In this document: piece after piece, positions 13,291-25,745 of the stretch | How the letters are laid out: each line of letters begins with the position of its first letter | Numbering within the stretch: the stretch's first letter is position 1 | NCBI GenBank assembly: GCA_964057225.1 | Contig: OZ059900.1 | Location: 26,350,001-26,414,000, forward strand | Source: Auanema rhodensis | Lineage: Eukaryota; Animalia; Nematoda | DNA: 64,000 bases | Reading direction: 5' to 3' | Notes under the pieces: model-generated | The model's database searches: none | The model's input: only the letters and a program-made list of their open reading frames with translations | Told to the model about the DNA's origin: nothing | Made by a program: the position numbers and the translations under genes

Positions 13291-14200
13291 TAAAATAGGT
13301 GCACTGACCCACACAAGAACCACATGGCAAACGTTTTGTTCATAAAAATATGATAAATAGCTGTACACCACATGTACCAAGTTGTCTAATATTTTCAAAT
13401 TACATGAAAGTATAGTTTAAAGAACCTTTTTAAAAATTTTATATTAGTATATTCTATTATACTAACTCAATAAAACACATATCGAAGGTTAATTCGATAG
13501 GATTCACAAACAATGGTGTTTTTTCCAATGGAACACATATCGAATATTAATTCGATAAGATTGGTGAAACAGATACGTTGACCCACACATGTACCACATG
13601 GCAAAAGTTTTGTTCATAAAAATATAATATATAGCTGTACAGCACAAGTACCTATAACGCTAAAGAATACTTACTATGCCAAGGGGTTATGGGTATATAC
13701 TTTTTATTATCAAAAATGTTAATGGAATACATATCGAATATCAATTCGATAAGATTGTGGAAACAGATACGTTGACCTACAATGAACCAAATGGCAAAGC
13801 ACTTGTCCATTAAAGTATAACAAATAGCTGTATAGCATATGCATCAACATTTCTAATATTCTCAAATTACGTGGAAAGAAGAGTATATAGAAAAAGTTTT
13901 AGTGTGTATATTACTAATATTCTAATACCCTAACTCAAAGAACACATATCGAAGATTAATTCGATAAGATTGTTGAAACAGGTGCGCTGACCACAACAAT
14001 ACATGCGTATTTATTAACAGCGGATTGGCAACTGCCACTGTTGACAGCTGTAATATGATACAATGTTGAGTGTTGGCAACATTGTTACGTGACAATAAAA
14101 CAACTGACTGTTCTTGCAATGAAGTGTAATATAAATGTGTAAAATGAAATATGGATAACTACCTCTCAGAGTTTGCATAATTTTATTCTAACAAGATACA

Positions 14201-17200
14201 ATGGCTGCTAACAGGTTGTTTTTTTTTTTGTTTTTTTTTTAATTAAAATATTTATTTTCAGTTATAAGCGTGTATGTGAAGAGTTGGGGTTCGATTATGA
14301 GGAAATTTATCAACTCAGGTAATTTAACAATATTTTTAAAATATACATCTTTGTTTTTTTTTAGTAAGCGCATAAAACTTACCGAGAGTGGTGGTGTCGA
14401 GCTGTGTGACCCCGCAATAACCACTTCCAATAGTGGTCCCTCGTCATCAAGGGTTATTGAAGTTATCACTTTGGATGACAGCGATAATGAGTAAACTATC
14501 ATATAATGAAAAAGCATGAAATTTTTTTTTTCAGAGAATGGAATCCCGAGATGCCATCAATTAGTGGAGAACAATTAGGAGGCGGTTCATCCTTCAACGA
14601 TGTTTGTCAAATAAAGGTACGAGCTTTTAACCTTTTTTTTTTTTCATGTTACAATTCTTTTCACTCTATATCTTTTATTTGATTACATATCTTGAGCAAT
14701 TTTGAATTCTGCCATCTATTTTTAAACAAATCATTATACATTTGGTGGCTTTTTGAAAAATAAAATAAAATCTTATCCCAAATCCATGCCATAATATCAT
14801 TTATTAAATTTTTATTCATTAAAATACACTTAAATTTAAATATTTTGATGCTCAAAAACTGACACATTTAAATATTTTGTATTTTTTAAATCATTTCACT
14901 CCATCTCTTTTATTTAATTTCATATTTTAAACAATTTTAAATTTTTACCACTACTTTATAATTTTTATTTATTAAACTTTTTAATCACTAAAAAACATTT
15001 AAATTTCAATATTGTGATGCGCAAAAACAGAAACATTTAAAAATTTTGTTTTTTCTAAACCATTTCACTCCATCTATTTTAAACAATTTTATATTTCTAC
15101 CACTATTTCATAATTTCATTTTTAAAATTTTTAATCATTAAAAAAAAACATTTAAATTTCAATATTGTGATGCTCAAAAACTGAAACATGAAATTGATTT
15201 ATATTTTCTAAGCCATTTCACTTCATCTCTTTTATTTAATCACATATCTTGAACAAATTTAAATTTCTATCACTTTTTCATAATTTCGTTTATTAAATTT
15301 TTAATCACTAAAAAACATTTAAATTTCAATATTGTGATGCTCAAAAACTGAAACATTTAAATATTTTGTATTTTCTAAATCATTTCACTTCATCTCTTTT
15401 ATTTATATATATTTTAAACAATTTTATAATTCTACTATTATTTAATTTTTATTTATTAAATTTTTAAACATTAAAAAAAAAATTGATGCTCAAAAACTGA
15501 AACATTTAAATATTTTGTATTTTTCTAATCGTTTTGAAACAAACTAAACATATATTTGAAAAAATTTCAATTAAACAAAAAATAACGACTATAACAAATA
15601 AAGAGACATAATAATTTTAAGCAAAAGATGAAACAATTCATATATATTCTTAAAACTATTTTTATTTAAACTTTTAAAAATAAAAATAAAAAAAGCATGT
15701 AAACTGTTATAAATGTTGTTTATTATAGTGGTCACACCGGCGCATAAAACGCACCGGTCGTTTTACCAACGTGGTCGTTCGATCGCTCACGTTCCCACAC
15801 TTGGAAAATGTTGATGAACCAATGCATGTTATCATGCCGCGGTTATTCAACGAATTCCTTGATCGTTGTCTTGCTGAAAGCGGTGTGCCTGATAAGCAAA
15901 AAGCCTTATTTTGTTTATCAATTGAGCACCCTTCCTTTGAAAAGGGCTCCATATTTATGGACTTTCGTAGAAGGGAGCATCTGGATGGCGTAGCCATTAT
16001 GAATGCCATCAGCAAGGTGCAGCAATCAAAACGAGAGGCTGTGATCAGCCAGGCAATGAATATTGAGATGTATGTGTTTGATGAAAGGCCAGCGCAGCCA
16101 AGCCTGATGCCTGGTGAAGATAGAGTCGGGTTTTATTTTGACCCCGAACTTAAAATACCTGGAACCATTGCCAACACTGACTCACATTGTCTGGCTAGAT
16201 CAGCAGTTGTGGGAATGTGGAAAGCTGACGAGCTGGCCACTGAAGATGGCGATGAGAAGCAAAGGCTGCAAAACCTTCGTCGCAATTACATCTTATTGCC
16301 AAATCAGCCACACCATATCAATTTATTAAATAGGTGTGGTATTTCTGTAGATTTACCAAATTATAATTTAATTCATTTAAACATTATTGCCAGCTGTAAT
16401 ACAAACTATAAGTTTGTAGTATATGCTAGACCGCCTGGACAGCGTATGTACACTATCCAGAAAATATTTAATGAAGCGGCTAGCAAATTGGTAACACTAG
16501 GTTACCGAAATAATCACTATGATTGTATTACAGCTGGTAGTCGTTCGAAAATTTTTGATGGTATTATATGTCAACACTGTAAGTTATCTTACAATACAGT
16601 GTTGCATAGATGTAAAGCCAAATGTAAAAAATGCCACACCTATAATTGTAATGCGATGGGGAATGTGGTTGAGAGTAGCGTGAGGTGTGATAGTTGTAGA
16701 GTTTTGTTTAAAACTCAACAATGCTTTGATAGGCATTTGCGAAAAGCCTGCCGAAAATTCAAAGTATTTTGTGAAAATTTAAAGTTGTACATAACAAGCT
16801 TAAATTCAGACATGTGTGGCGTGTGATCACTATCACATGGTCCGTGCTGATAGACCGCACAATTGCAATGAAAAATTCTGCAAAAAGTGCGGTCAGACAA
16901 AGCCTGAAGAGCACTCTTGTTGTTGGGTTCCACCTAACGACAAGAAGAAGGCTCAGCTAAAAAAGAAGCAAGAAAAGTTCAAGGTTTGTATTTCACATCT
17001 TTACAAGTGTAATGCTTACTTGTTTAAGATTATATTTTATGACTTTGAAACAGTTGTGTTAAAAAACGGCACAAATGTTCATGAATATGCAGATGAACAA
17101 TGGCCCAATATGGTTGTATATAAAAAATTTTGTGAAAGTTGTATAGATGCCAATTCCTGTGAGAAATGCACAACCAAGGAGGGCCATTTTGGGTACCAAC

Positions 17201-19960
17201 AAGGTGATAGTGAATGGTCTGTAACAGATCGTGTCCTTGATTGGTTACTCAACTTTTCTGAGAATGATAATGCAATTTTGATTGCGCACAACGGGTCGCG
17301 CTTTGACATACATTTCTTGGTGTCTAGGCTGATAAACCGTGGAATATATCCTGACCCCATTTTAAATGGGACCAAGATTATTAGCATGGTTGTCAAGCCT
17401 TTAAGAGGTCAAAACATTAACCATTTATGTTTTAAAGATAGTTATTTACTAGTGCCTTTACCCTTATCAGCGTTACCCAAGGCATTTGGTGTACCTGATA
17501 TGAGTAAAGGACAATTCCCATACTTCTTTAACCACCCAATAAATTATGGCAAAGTGCTACCATCCTTGCCACCAAAGCATTACTATTGTACTGCTAGAAT
17601 GAAAGCCGAAGACCTTGCTTCATTCAATGTTTGGTATGAGGAGCGTAATCAAAGTGTGTTTGATTTTGATGAGGAGCTTCTGGAATATTGTAGGACAGAT
17701 GTCCGTATTTTAACCAACTGTATGAAAGTGTACATGAAGTTGGCCACCGCCACCACTGGCTGGAATCCTGTCATACAATGTATGACATTTGCCAGTTTCT
17801 CTTTATTCCAGGCAAGTTTTTTAAAATACAAGCATTTTCAAAACTAGTATATTACAGTTGAAAATGAACCACATTAAAGAGAACCAAGTGGGTATTCTGC
17901 CTAAGACTGGTTATTATGCCGGCCAGAAGCAGAGTATAATTGCCATAAAATACATAAAATGGCTAGAACACGGATTAGGCCGCCCATTAATGCATAAGCT
18001 TAATGGTGGTGAATTTGTTGTGAGAGTAGATGGCCAACGCTATCTACTTGATGCTTATGACAGTGTGGCTAATCACGGCTATGAGGTGAGTAATTTGTAA
18101 TAAATGTAAAAAATGATAAAATTTTGTAGTTTAATGGCTGTATTTATCATGGTTGCCCCCAGTGCACCAACAAGACTGCTATTGCACCAGGCAGAAATGG
18201 TGAAACAATGGAAGAGGTAACCAATACTTTTTTTTAATCATTTTAACCTGAAACATTTAGGTTTATGAAAAAACCATGAAAAGGCTTGAAGCAATTCAAA
18301 GCCAGGGCATTAGTGTAACCACTGTGTGGGAACACGAAATTACTGCTCAAATGTCATCAAATGAGCAAATGGCAAATTTTATGAAGGACACTGAGGTTGT
18401 AACTCGATTGGCACCTCGAGATGCCTTCACCGGCGGCCGAACTCAAACATATAAGCTTTTGGCCCAAGCTTCGGATAGATACTCTCTAGAGTATGTGGAC
18501 TTTTGTTCACTTTATCCATATGTAATGGCATTTGATGCCTATTACCCTGTGGGTAATCATAAAGTGATTACTGAGGGCTTTGAGAGTTTTGAGGCATGCT
18601 GCCCATACAAGGGCCTTGTGAAATGTGACGTGCTTGCACCCACAAATTTGTTGTATCCTGTATTAGGAACACGCATAGGCGGTTAATTAATTTTTACAAA
18701 CTGCCGCACATGTGCAAACAGAGGCAAAAATGTAACATGCCCGCACCAAGATGATGAAAAGGCTCGAAAGCTGCATCTGACTGTAACGCATGTAGAGCTC
18801 GAATGTGCCATACAGCGTGGCTACAAAGTGCTTCATGTTTATGAGGTTTGGCACTGGGATGAATGGCAGCAAGGAGGCCTATTCAAGGATTTTGTACAAA
18901 AGTACATAAAAATTAAGCAAGAGGCATCGGGCTGGCCTAAGCCAAATATGACAGAGGCTGCAAAGGTATGTGTCATGAAAAGTATGGCATTAAATAACAT
19001 TTCACAGCTAAAATATCTCCAAGAGCACGAGGAGAACACTGGTGTTGCTCTGGAGAGCAACAAAATTGAAAAGAATGCGGCCATGCGTAGCATTGCCAAA
19101 CTACAGCTGAATAGGTATGTAAACTTTTAAAAATAAAAATTTACAAATTTGCTTATAGTGTATGGGGTAAAATGGGTCAAAGACCGGATAAAGCCCAAAC
19201 CAAGATTATTGGTGTTGAGGATCCTGAAATTGGTAGGATCATAACTGATCCTGCAAGGGAACTGACAGGCTTCAAAATTGTGGACGATGTGGCGTACTGT
19301 ACAACAGTGCCAGAAGACTCACACTTGGCACCAGCGCCATTTACAAATGTAGCCATAGCGGCTTATACAACCGCTCATGCAAGGCTACTATTGTATAAGG
19401 CAATGGAGAAAATTGGAAAGAACTTGGTGTATACAGGTAATTTCATACTTTGTATACAATTTAAACGCACATCATTTAGACACCGATTCTCTAATTTATT
19501 TAAAATGCCTTGATCAGCCTGATCCAATTGAGGATATGAAAAGTGAATGGTTAGGTAAACTAACCTCAGAAATACCCGATGGTTGATCAATGACCAAATT
19601 TGTTTCACCAGCTGCAAAAGTTTATAGTTATGAGCTAGTAAATGCAGCTGGTCAGGTCAAGTATATCACCAAGGCAAAGGGAGTGGTAAGTATAAAAATA
19701 TATTATTGAGAAACTTTTTAAAATTACAGACGCTGGACCACACGGCAGCCACCGTGGTAAACTATCAAAGTATGGAGCGATTGGTTCGAGGACTCGTGAT
19801 GGATGGAGAAAAATTGGTTTTAAAAACCAAAACAACGTTATTAAAGAGGCAGCTTGGTGCCATATCCACGATGGACAAGACAAAGAGTACCAAGGTCGTA
19901 ATGGATAAACTTTGTTATCTAGACGATTTTAGTACTTTACCCTATGGTTATTGTGAATAA
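14201..19960 (+). pseudogene. Protein-primed family B DNA polymerase of Maverick B, 13 introns, full length with two nonsense codons
   Basis: Collinear paralog of 7490-12439, ending in the typical TLPYGY. In-frame TAA at 18684 and TGA at 19584 stand where copy A has AAA and TGG. Confidence 0.93.
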
Positions 19961-20098
19961 TTTTTAATATATTTGAATTTATAAATTTTATTATTGCGTG
20001 TATATTTGTATATGGTTGTATTTATAGATTTTTATGTATAGTTGTATTAATAAATTTTATTCATCTCATCAAATGTTTTAAAGAGTTTATTACATACA

Positions 20099-21433
20099 TT
20101 ACAAACTGGTATCAATATATGGAGCACGATTGTTGTCAATTGAAAGAATAGAGTCATATTCTGCATAAACAATAGCATATAAACCCTCTTGCGGCGTTTG
20201 TTGGCCAAATTCCAATTTCAGGGCCACATTACCTTGTCGTATAACATCAAATAACTCGAACGAGTGTACAGTCGGTGAAATATCAAATACAAAAAATGTG
20301 AAGCCGGTTTTATACATTGCTGGTGTAATACCATTGGATGAATCTGTACGACCAAGGCCCAAACCTTCCAACATGTCAATATATGCTGTGGCATAGGAAG
20401 AACGCCATTCTAAATTATAAGGGCGGGTAGGTATTACCCGATTGTTGAGCGTCAAGTATATATTTTTCAATTCAAACGGTTCAAAGTTGAATGGCGAATG
20501 TTTAAAAGTACCATTATAGGCGTGTGCGCCGACAAGACCTACTACAACACGTTTCGGTGTTTGCGACGTGAATAATTTGTTATTGGGTGAATCCAAACGG
20601 CCTCCTTCTATGAAATAAGATCGCATTTTCACTGACGTCATGGGGTAGTGTATTCGTTCCTTTACAAGTTTATCTTCTATAGCCATAGCTAATCCAGCGT
20701 TTAGATCAAACTCTTGAATAAGCAAGTGCACATCGTTGATATCTATTTTCAGGTTTGGAAACTCCTCCTTCATTGCAGCATCTTTGCTTTCATTATTCCA
20801 TCCAAGTGTGTCAATTAAGAAATTATCACGGTTTGGATATGCAGTTAGCTCCATTTTTGAATAGTTTACAAACAGTCGTTCCTGATTGAATAAGTCGATA
20901 CTGATGGGAGCAGCCATCTCACACAATATGCCATTTTTAACAAGCCCTTGTCGCGCTCTAAATCCAGGACTGGCTGCATTATCTATATATCTATCCGCAT
21001 AATAGCCTGATATGGCAAGTTTGCTCTCTTTAACATCGTTGCTATACATTAGAATATTCTCAATATATGTTTTGTAGGCATGATTTACGGTAGAGTCATA
21101 CACGCTAACATCACCAATTTTTAAATGATACGAGTGTATCAAACTGGCTGCAAATTGTTGGCATGGTGCAAAAACAAGGTTGTCTGGTACTGGATCGCCG
21201 TTTGTGGTTACAATTTTGAATTTTACATTCAACCAACACCTTCTCAGATTAAGAAATGATTTGGAATTTTGGGCTATAACAAATTCCCATGGTCCTTGAG
21301 GAAGAAAAGTATTTTTTAAAGGAACTTGTACAGTACGAGTGGATTCAACACCTAATGCCGACGCCGGTATGTCACTATAATTAATATTAGGTAAAAGTGC
21401 TTGTGCTGATTTTGAATCTATCAATTTAGCCAT
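20099..21433 (-). CDS. Maverick major capsid protein (double jelly-roll)
   Basis: Intact 444-aa ORF with typical segments PKRVVVGLV...AYNG...SPFNF and GFTFFVFDISP, in Maverick context. Confidence 0.9.
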   Translation of the reverse strand: MAKLIDSKSAQALLPNINYSDIPASALGVESTRTVQVPLKNTFLPQGPWEFVIAQNSKSFLNLRRCWLNVKFKIVTTNGDPVPDNLVFAPCQQFAASLIHSYHLKIGDVSVYDSTVNHAYKTYIENILMYSNDVKESKLAISGYYADRYIDNAASPGFRARQGLVKNGILCEMAAPISIDLFNQERLFVNYSKMELTAYPNRDNFLIDTLGWNNESKDAAMKEEFPNLKIDINDVHLLIQEFDLNAGLAMAIEDKLVKERIHYPMTSVKMRSYFIEGGRLDSPNNKLFTSQTPKRVVVGLVGAHAYNGTFKHSPFNFEPFELKNIYLTLNNRVIPTRPYNLEWRSSYATAYIDMLEGLGLGRTDSSNGITPAMYKTGFTFFVFDISPTVHSFELFDVIRQGNVALKLEFGQQTPQEGLYAIVYAEYDSILSIDNNRAPYIDTSL

Positions 21434-21886
21434 TTAAATACGATACGACCGCTCACGAGTTATGCACAGACGCTTATGAGGTTTTGTGGTTTTGCGTCGT
21501 CGCCGCTTGCCCAAACCGGTAAGATCTCGTATAGCCTGCCGGCCGGCTGTTTTAAGAGTTTGCTTGATATTATCGCCCTTGAGCACCCCATCAACAATTT
21601 CATTGCTAGTTTTCAGCAACTGGCCGCCAAGAGGTGAATTTACAACTGGACTATTGCTTACAGCACTGGATAATGCATTCCTTCCAGCATTGATGAAATT
21701 TTGGGCTATAGGTGATTGAATAATGCGAGGTAAAAACGATGCCAAAGTTGCCAGTATACCACCCAGGCCATGACCTCTCTGCATACCACGTTGAAACATC
21801 ATTTCACTGAATGGCGCCCCACCCATTTGTTGATTCAAAAGTGTTGTCCATTGAATTGAGTTCAAGTCTAGAAGGAGGTGTGGCAT
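21434..21886 (-). CDS. Putative Maverick basic core protein (probable protease substrate)
   Basis: QMGGA, QRGHGLGG and TGLG glycine motifs, a KRRRRK basic tail, and a position abutting the capsid gene. Confidence 0.7.
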   Translation of the reverse strand: MPHLLLDLNSIQWTTLLNQQMGGAPFSEMMFQRGMQRGHGLGGILATLASFLPRIIQSPIAQNFINAGRNALSSAVSNSPVVNSPLGGQLLKTSNEIVDGVLKGDNIKQTLKTAGRQAIRDLTGLGKRRRRKTTKPHKRLCITRERSYRI

Positions 21887-21936
21887 ATTGAACCGCACGT
21901 GCGCAATACAAAAGTTACACTAGATCATTTTACTAA

Positions 21937-22392
21937 ATGTATTCGTCTGAATTAGCGTCACTATTGCGATCTGTCCGCATCACTCGAAAACTATTCCTCG
22001 GTGTATTTAGCGCCGATACTCTACCCAGAACACGTCGAAAGAACTTTGCACTTGTTGTAAATACTGACACACACGATAAACCGGGCACACATTGGCAAGT
22101 CATCTTTGTACGTAATGATCAAGCCTACTTTTTCTGTAGCTTGGGTTATAAAATGAACAAGTACATTCGTCATTATCTGGCCAAATATAAAAATGTAAAA
22201 GTTAATACTTGCAAACCACAACGCATAATTGAATACACTTGTGGTGGTTATGCAATATTTGTAATACTAATGTTGTCAGCTGGTAATACATTTGAAAGCA
22301 TTTGTTCATTTTTTAAACTATTACAAAACGATGATGTCTTTATTAAAGCGTTTATGCATAAAGTATTCGACTATAAATTATCTAGCATATGA
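21937..22392 (+). CDS. Adenain-like cysteine maturation protease
   Basis: VNTD...PGTHW...FFCSLG...PQ...TCGGY places His, Gln and Cys as in Polinton and adenovirus proteases. Confidence 0.9.
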   Translation: MYSSELASLLRSVRITRKLFLGVFSADTLPRTRRKNFALVVNTDTHDKPGTHWQVIFVRNDQAYFFCSLGYKMNKYIRHYLAKYKNVKVNTCKPQRIIEYTCGGYAIFVILMLSAGNTFESICSFFKLLQNDDVFIKAFMHKVFDYKLSSI

Positions 22393-22650
22393 TCAACTTC
22401 GCCATTAAAACGTCACCTGCTACATTAGGTGGTCAGTTATGAATATTCCCTGTCACTGTGAATTATGTATAAGATACACGTTGGAACAATCTGTGCCAAC
22501 ACCCTTGTACAAAAAGATTTTGAAACGTATTTCAGTGCCATTCATTAAAGGAATATCTCTGTGACTAGGCTTTTGTACAACACTAGTCATTATTCCACTC
22601 ATTATATAAAAGTGAGTTGACTGTGTGTGGTTGTTTTTTATTTTCCTCTA

Positions 22651-23115
22651 ATGGAACTTTTATGTAACAAGTATTGTGTTACGTGCAAGGAAATATTTTC
22701 ATCAGCCAAGCATTTTAGTGATCACGTATTGAAAAGACATGACGGGATTCAACCCGTATGTAACAGTTATATCAGCAATGCTGACTTTATTCAAAAATAT
22801 GGACATTTGGATGGTGTTCGTAGACGTTTGTGCCCTTATTGTAATGAAACTTTTGGAACAAGATTCAATTGTCAGCGTCATATTCGGCGTCTTCATAATA
22901 GTAATGGAACGAATGGTAAAGATGGTGATGGAAATGATACCAGCGAACCCTCTGAAAAAACTGAGGAGTTTGTACAGTCAACCGAACCAAAACGATGCCG
23001 CTGCAATAGTAACCGAGAATATTCACAACACGAGCCGCGCATCGAACAAAACGGCGCTGAACTACCTTTTAAACCTTCGAAAATCGTAATGTGGTCTTGT
23101 ATAACTGTTGAATAA
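22651..23115 (+). CDS. Two-C2H2-zinc-finger protein carried by the Maverick
   Basis: CVTC...HVLKRH and CPYC...F...HIRRLH. Confidence 0.75.
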   Translation: MELLCNKYCVTCKEIFSSAKHFSDHVLKRHDGIQPVCNSYISNADFIQKYGHLDGVRRRLCPYCNETFGTRFNCQRHIRRLHNSNGTNGKDGDGNDTSEPSEKTEEFVQSTEPKRCRCNSNREYSQHEPRIEQNGAELPFKPSKIVMWSCITVE

Positions 23116-23120
23116 AACAT

Positions 23121-23875
23121 TTATTTCACATTTTTAACATGTAATGTAACAACTGTAGAACCATAATTAAATTGCATAGGGCGGCCAAATTCATCTAAAA
23201 TTTCAATACGTATGGTATCGAGTGTTTGTCTAGTGATTGGTACATAAGGAATAGGATTAAATGTTTTGGCAATCATTTTACCAAATTCAGTGGGAGGTGG
23301 TACAGGTAAACATGCAAGTAAATTAGCTTTCACATTACCGAAAATGGAATATTCTACAATATCACAATATATATACATTGTATTAATGTTATTTGAAAAA
23401 TCAATGGGGCGCCTGGCTATTAACGTGTCGTTGATAATTTTATTCTCAAAGCCAAGAAAATATGCGAGAGCATCACCGAGTGTTGCATTCATTAATAGTC
23501 GCTTGCTTGTTACAAACTCTATGCGTTGTAGTGTTTTGTTAAACCGAAACGTGGCGTCTGCCAGCATTTCCTTGACAAGTTTAGCCTCAGCTTGTCGATT
23601 ATTATACCACTTTTTTACATCTTCATCTTTATCTATCAAACCCTTTATACGTGCTTCTTCCTCAGCTCCAAGAGGTTTAGTGCTGCTAGCAATAAATTGT
23701 TCTTTTCCAGCATTGATTCCGCGTATTATTTCATCACCATTTGCAGAATAAATTTTCTATTGGAAAAACGTAGTGTATAAGATAAATCTTTTTGAACATT
23801 TAATATAGAACAAGGAAAAATGATGTCTGTCAGCCCAATGCAATATCTATTATTCCGTAGCCTTAGTGTTTCAGG
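23121..23875 (-). pseudogene. Minor capsid (penton) protein, N-terminus missing and frame broken near 23755
   Basis: C-terminus YIYCDIV...YVPI...IRIEILDEFGRP...VVTLH. An upstream out-of-frame piece reads PETLRL..YCIGLTDIIFP. Confidence 0.82.
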
Positions 23876-23962
23876 TCATCCATGACAAACCACCACTTGA
23901 TACGTGTACACTATTGCAAATGAAATCATTTGCATTTTAGGTACATTTACAAGTGGTTTATT

Positions 23963-24609
23963 ACGGTTTTCAGCTTCAAACTACCCAGTCAGACAACTGT
24001 AATAGGGGCAACCCAATGCGGTAAAACAACCCTCATAAAGCACATATGCGAAAATACTGAAAAGTTTTTCAACGTCCCCATTGATAGAATATTCTGGTTC
24101 AGTCAATGTGGGTCATCGTAAGGTGTACCAATAAATGATGAGCGTTTAATAATTATTCAAGGGCCTCCTGATCCTGATTTGATAAAAGAACAAAAGGGAG
24201 TAAATACTATACTAGTGCTGGATGATTTGATGAACTTTTTTTCATCGAATAAAGCAGCAAAGGAATTACTCAACAACATTTTTACAGTATGGCTCATCAC
24301 TGGAATTTGGCAGTGTTTAATCTTGTGCAAGCGGCATTTCAACTGGACAGGACCAGTCGAATCAATAGTACATATATAATACTGATGAAAAGTCATTCAG
24401 ATATATTACAAATACGTAATTGTCTGCAGCAATTATTTGGGCCACGTTTCAAAAATGCTCTAGAGGCGTATGATGATGCAATGTCTACTCCCTATAGTCA
24501 TTTACTGATTGACAATCACCCTTTAACAAGTGAGAAGCAGCGTATACTATCTGATATAACAGCGGAGAACCCTATTGTTTATGTTGCCAGAAATGTGTTT
24601 AGTGTTTAA
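23963..24609 (+). pseudogene. A32/FtsK-like packaging ATPase, disrupted
   Basis: Walker A GATQCGKT, Walker B LVLDDLM, AHH and SRINSTY. Stop at 24119, frameshift near 24288. Confidence 0.9.
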
Positions 24610-24621
24610 AGTGCTTGTTCA

Positions 24622-24930
24622 ATGAGTGGTCGTATTTTGTCAAATTTCAACTTTTTGTCTTCTTGCGCCAAAACTCCTTGTTCTGTTTCCTCATTTTCTT
24701 TTGCACAAATTGAAATTATTGTTGAAATTGTATTTAATATTGTGAAAAATAATAATTTTCTTTTAACTAACAAGGAATATAAAACCCTCTTGCCTATATC
24801 TTCATTATTACGTCAAATAGCTTTGATACGCACACCGGAAAAGGCTAAATCATTATTGGCAACGCTTCCACACAAACAATTGAAAACAATAGTTACATGT
24901 GGTATTGCCTATTTTGGTTTTAAATCATGA
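24622..24930 (+). CDS. Maverick hypothetical protein (102 aa)
   Basis: ATG ORF packed tightly after the ATPase, with an ATGA overlap with the next gene. Confidence 0.65.
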   Translation: MSGRILSNFNFLSSCAKTPCSVSSFSFAQIEIIVEIVFNIVKNNNFLLTNKEYKTLLPISSLLRQIALIRTPEKAKSLLATLPHKQLKTIVTCGIAYFGFKS

Positions 24931-25643
24931 AGCTCAACCATAAATATCGACTAATTCCTGTCGACGAGGAAACAATTAATATAGACAAGTTTGATGCAGA
25001 GCTCAAGCTTTTCCGAGAAAAAAGAGCTATACCCGACTATAAAAAGGCTGAACTATACGAAGACTTGATTGCTCGTCTCAAAAACTATAGAGAAAGTATA
25101 GATGCGCCCATATCAGTACAAGTGGAAAATGCTGATCCAACTCTATTGCCAGAATACAAGTTGCCAAGAAAGTATAACAATTTGTGGGAGAAATTTCCAG
25201 AGGTGCGCACAAACAAGAGTAATCAACTTGTGATTAATAATGAGGCTGTACCAAACACGAATATTACAAAAATTTTAGATTTTGTAATGGATAAAACAAA
25301 AACGGAGCCCAATGGATTTTCAGTCTTGTTAAAGTTTTTAGCCAGTAAAGGCGTACCTAGTTCTAACAAGAAACAAACTAGAAGAGAGTCGGCTGACAAT
25401 GATTCAGTTGATGTTGTAACTAGAGCTGAACCGGCTGTTACAGACTTGGACTCTACTATATTACCTAGAACGCCTCGTCATCGTAAAGCTGTTATTCGAT
25501 ATTCACCATCACCGGTTCGTACACTCAAAAATAAAAGGTCAAAGACTTTTGATACTGCCGCCGAATCATATTACACACCACAAGAAGGAGACTCACAGAA
25601 TGGCCAAGGTCGTAAAAGGTTCTACATTAGATTATGGAAATGA
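24927..25643 (+). CDS. Maverick hypothetical/core protein (238 aa)
   Basis: Intact ORF between ATPase and integrase, ending QNGQG-RKRFYIRLWK (Gly cleavage-like site plus basic Trp tail). Confidence 0.7.
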   Translation: MKLNHKYRLIPVDEETINIDKFDAELKLFREKRAIPDYKKAELYEDLIARLKNYRESIDAPISVQVENADPTLLPEYKLPRKYNNLWEKFPEVRTNKSNQLVINNEAVPNTNITKILDFVMDKTKTEPNGFSVLLKFLASKGVPSSNKKQTRRESADNDSVDVVTRAEPAVTDLDSTILPRTPRHRKAVIRYSPSPVRTLKNKRSKTFDTAAESYYTPQEGDSQNGQGRKRFYIRLWK

Positions 25644-25745
25644 TATTTTGGCGAGCATTTATTACGATATAAAAAACCCAGCTTCATATACATCAGCCAA
25701 GAATTTATTATCGCAAGCACGAAAACATGGCATTTCAAAGGTACA
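25640..25745 (+). pseudogene. N-terminal remnant of the Maverick retroviral-like integrase
   Basis: DILASIYYDIKNPASYTSAKNL matches the Polinton integrase N-terminal pattern (L..IYY...P.S). No DDE core follows. Confidence 0.72.

Noticed and set aside
7629-19883. Minus-strand and alternative-frame ORFs over the pPolB genes
   Set aside because: They are shadows of the spliced polymerase exons and have no motifs of their own.
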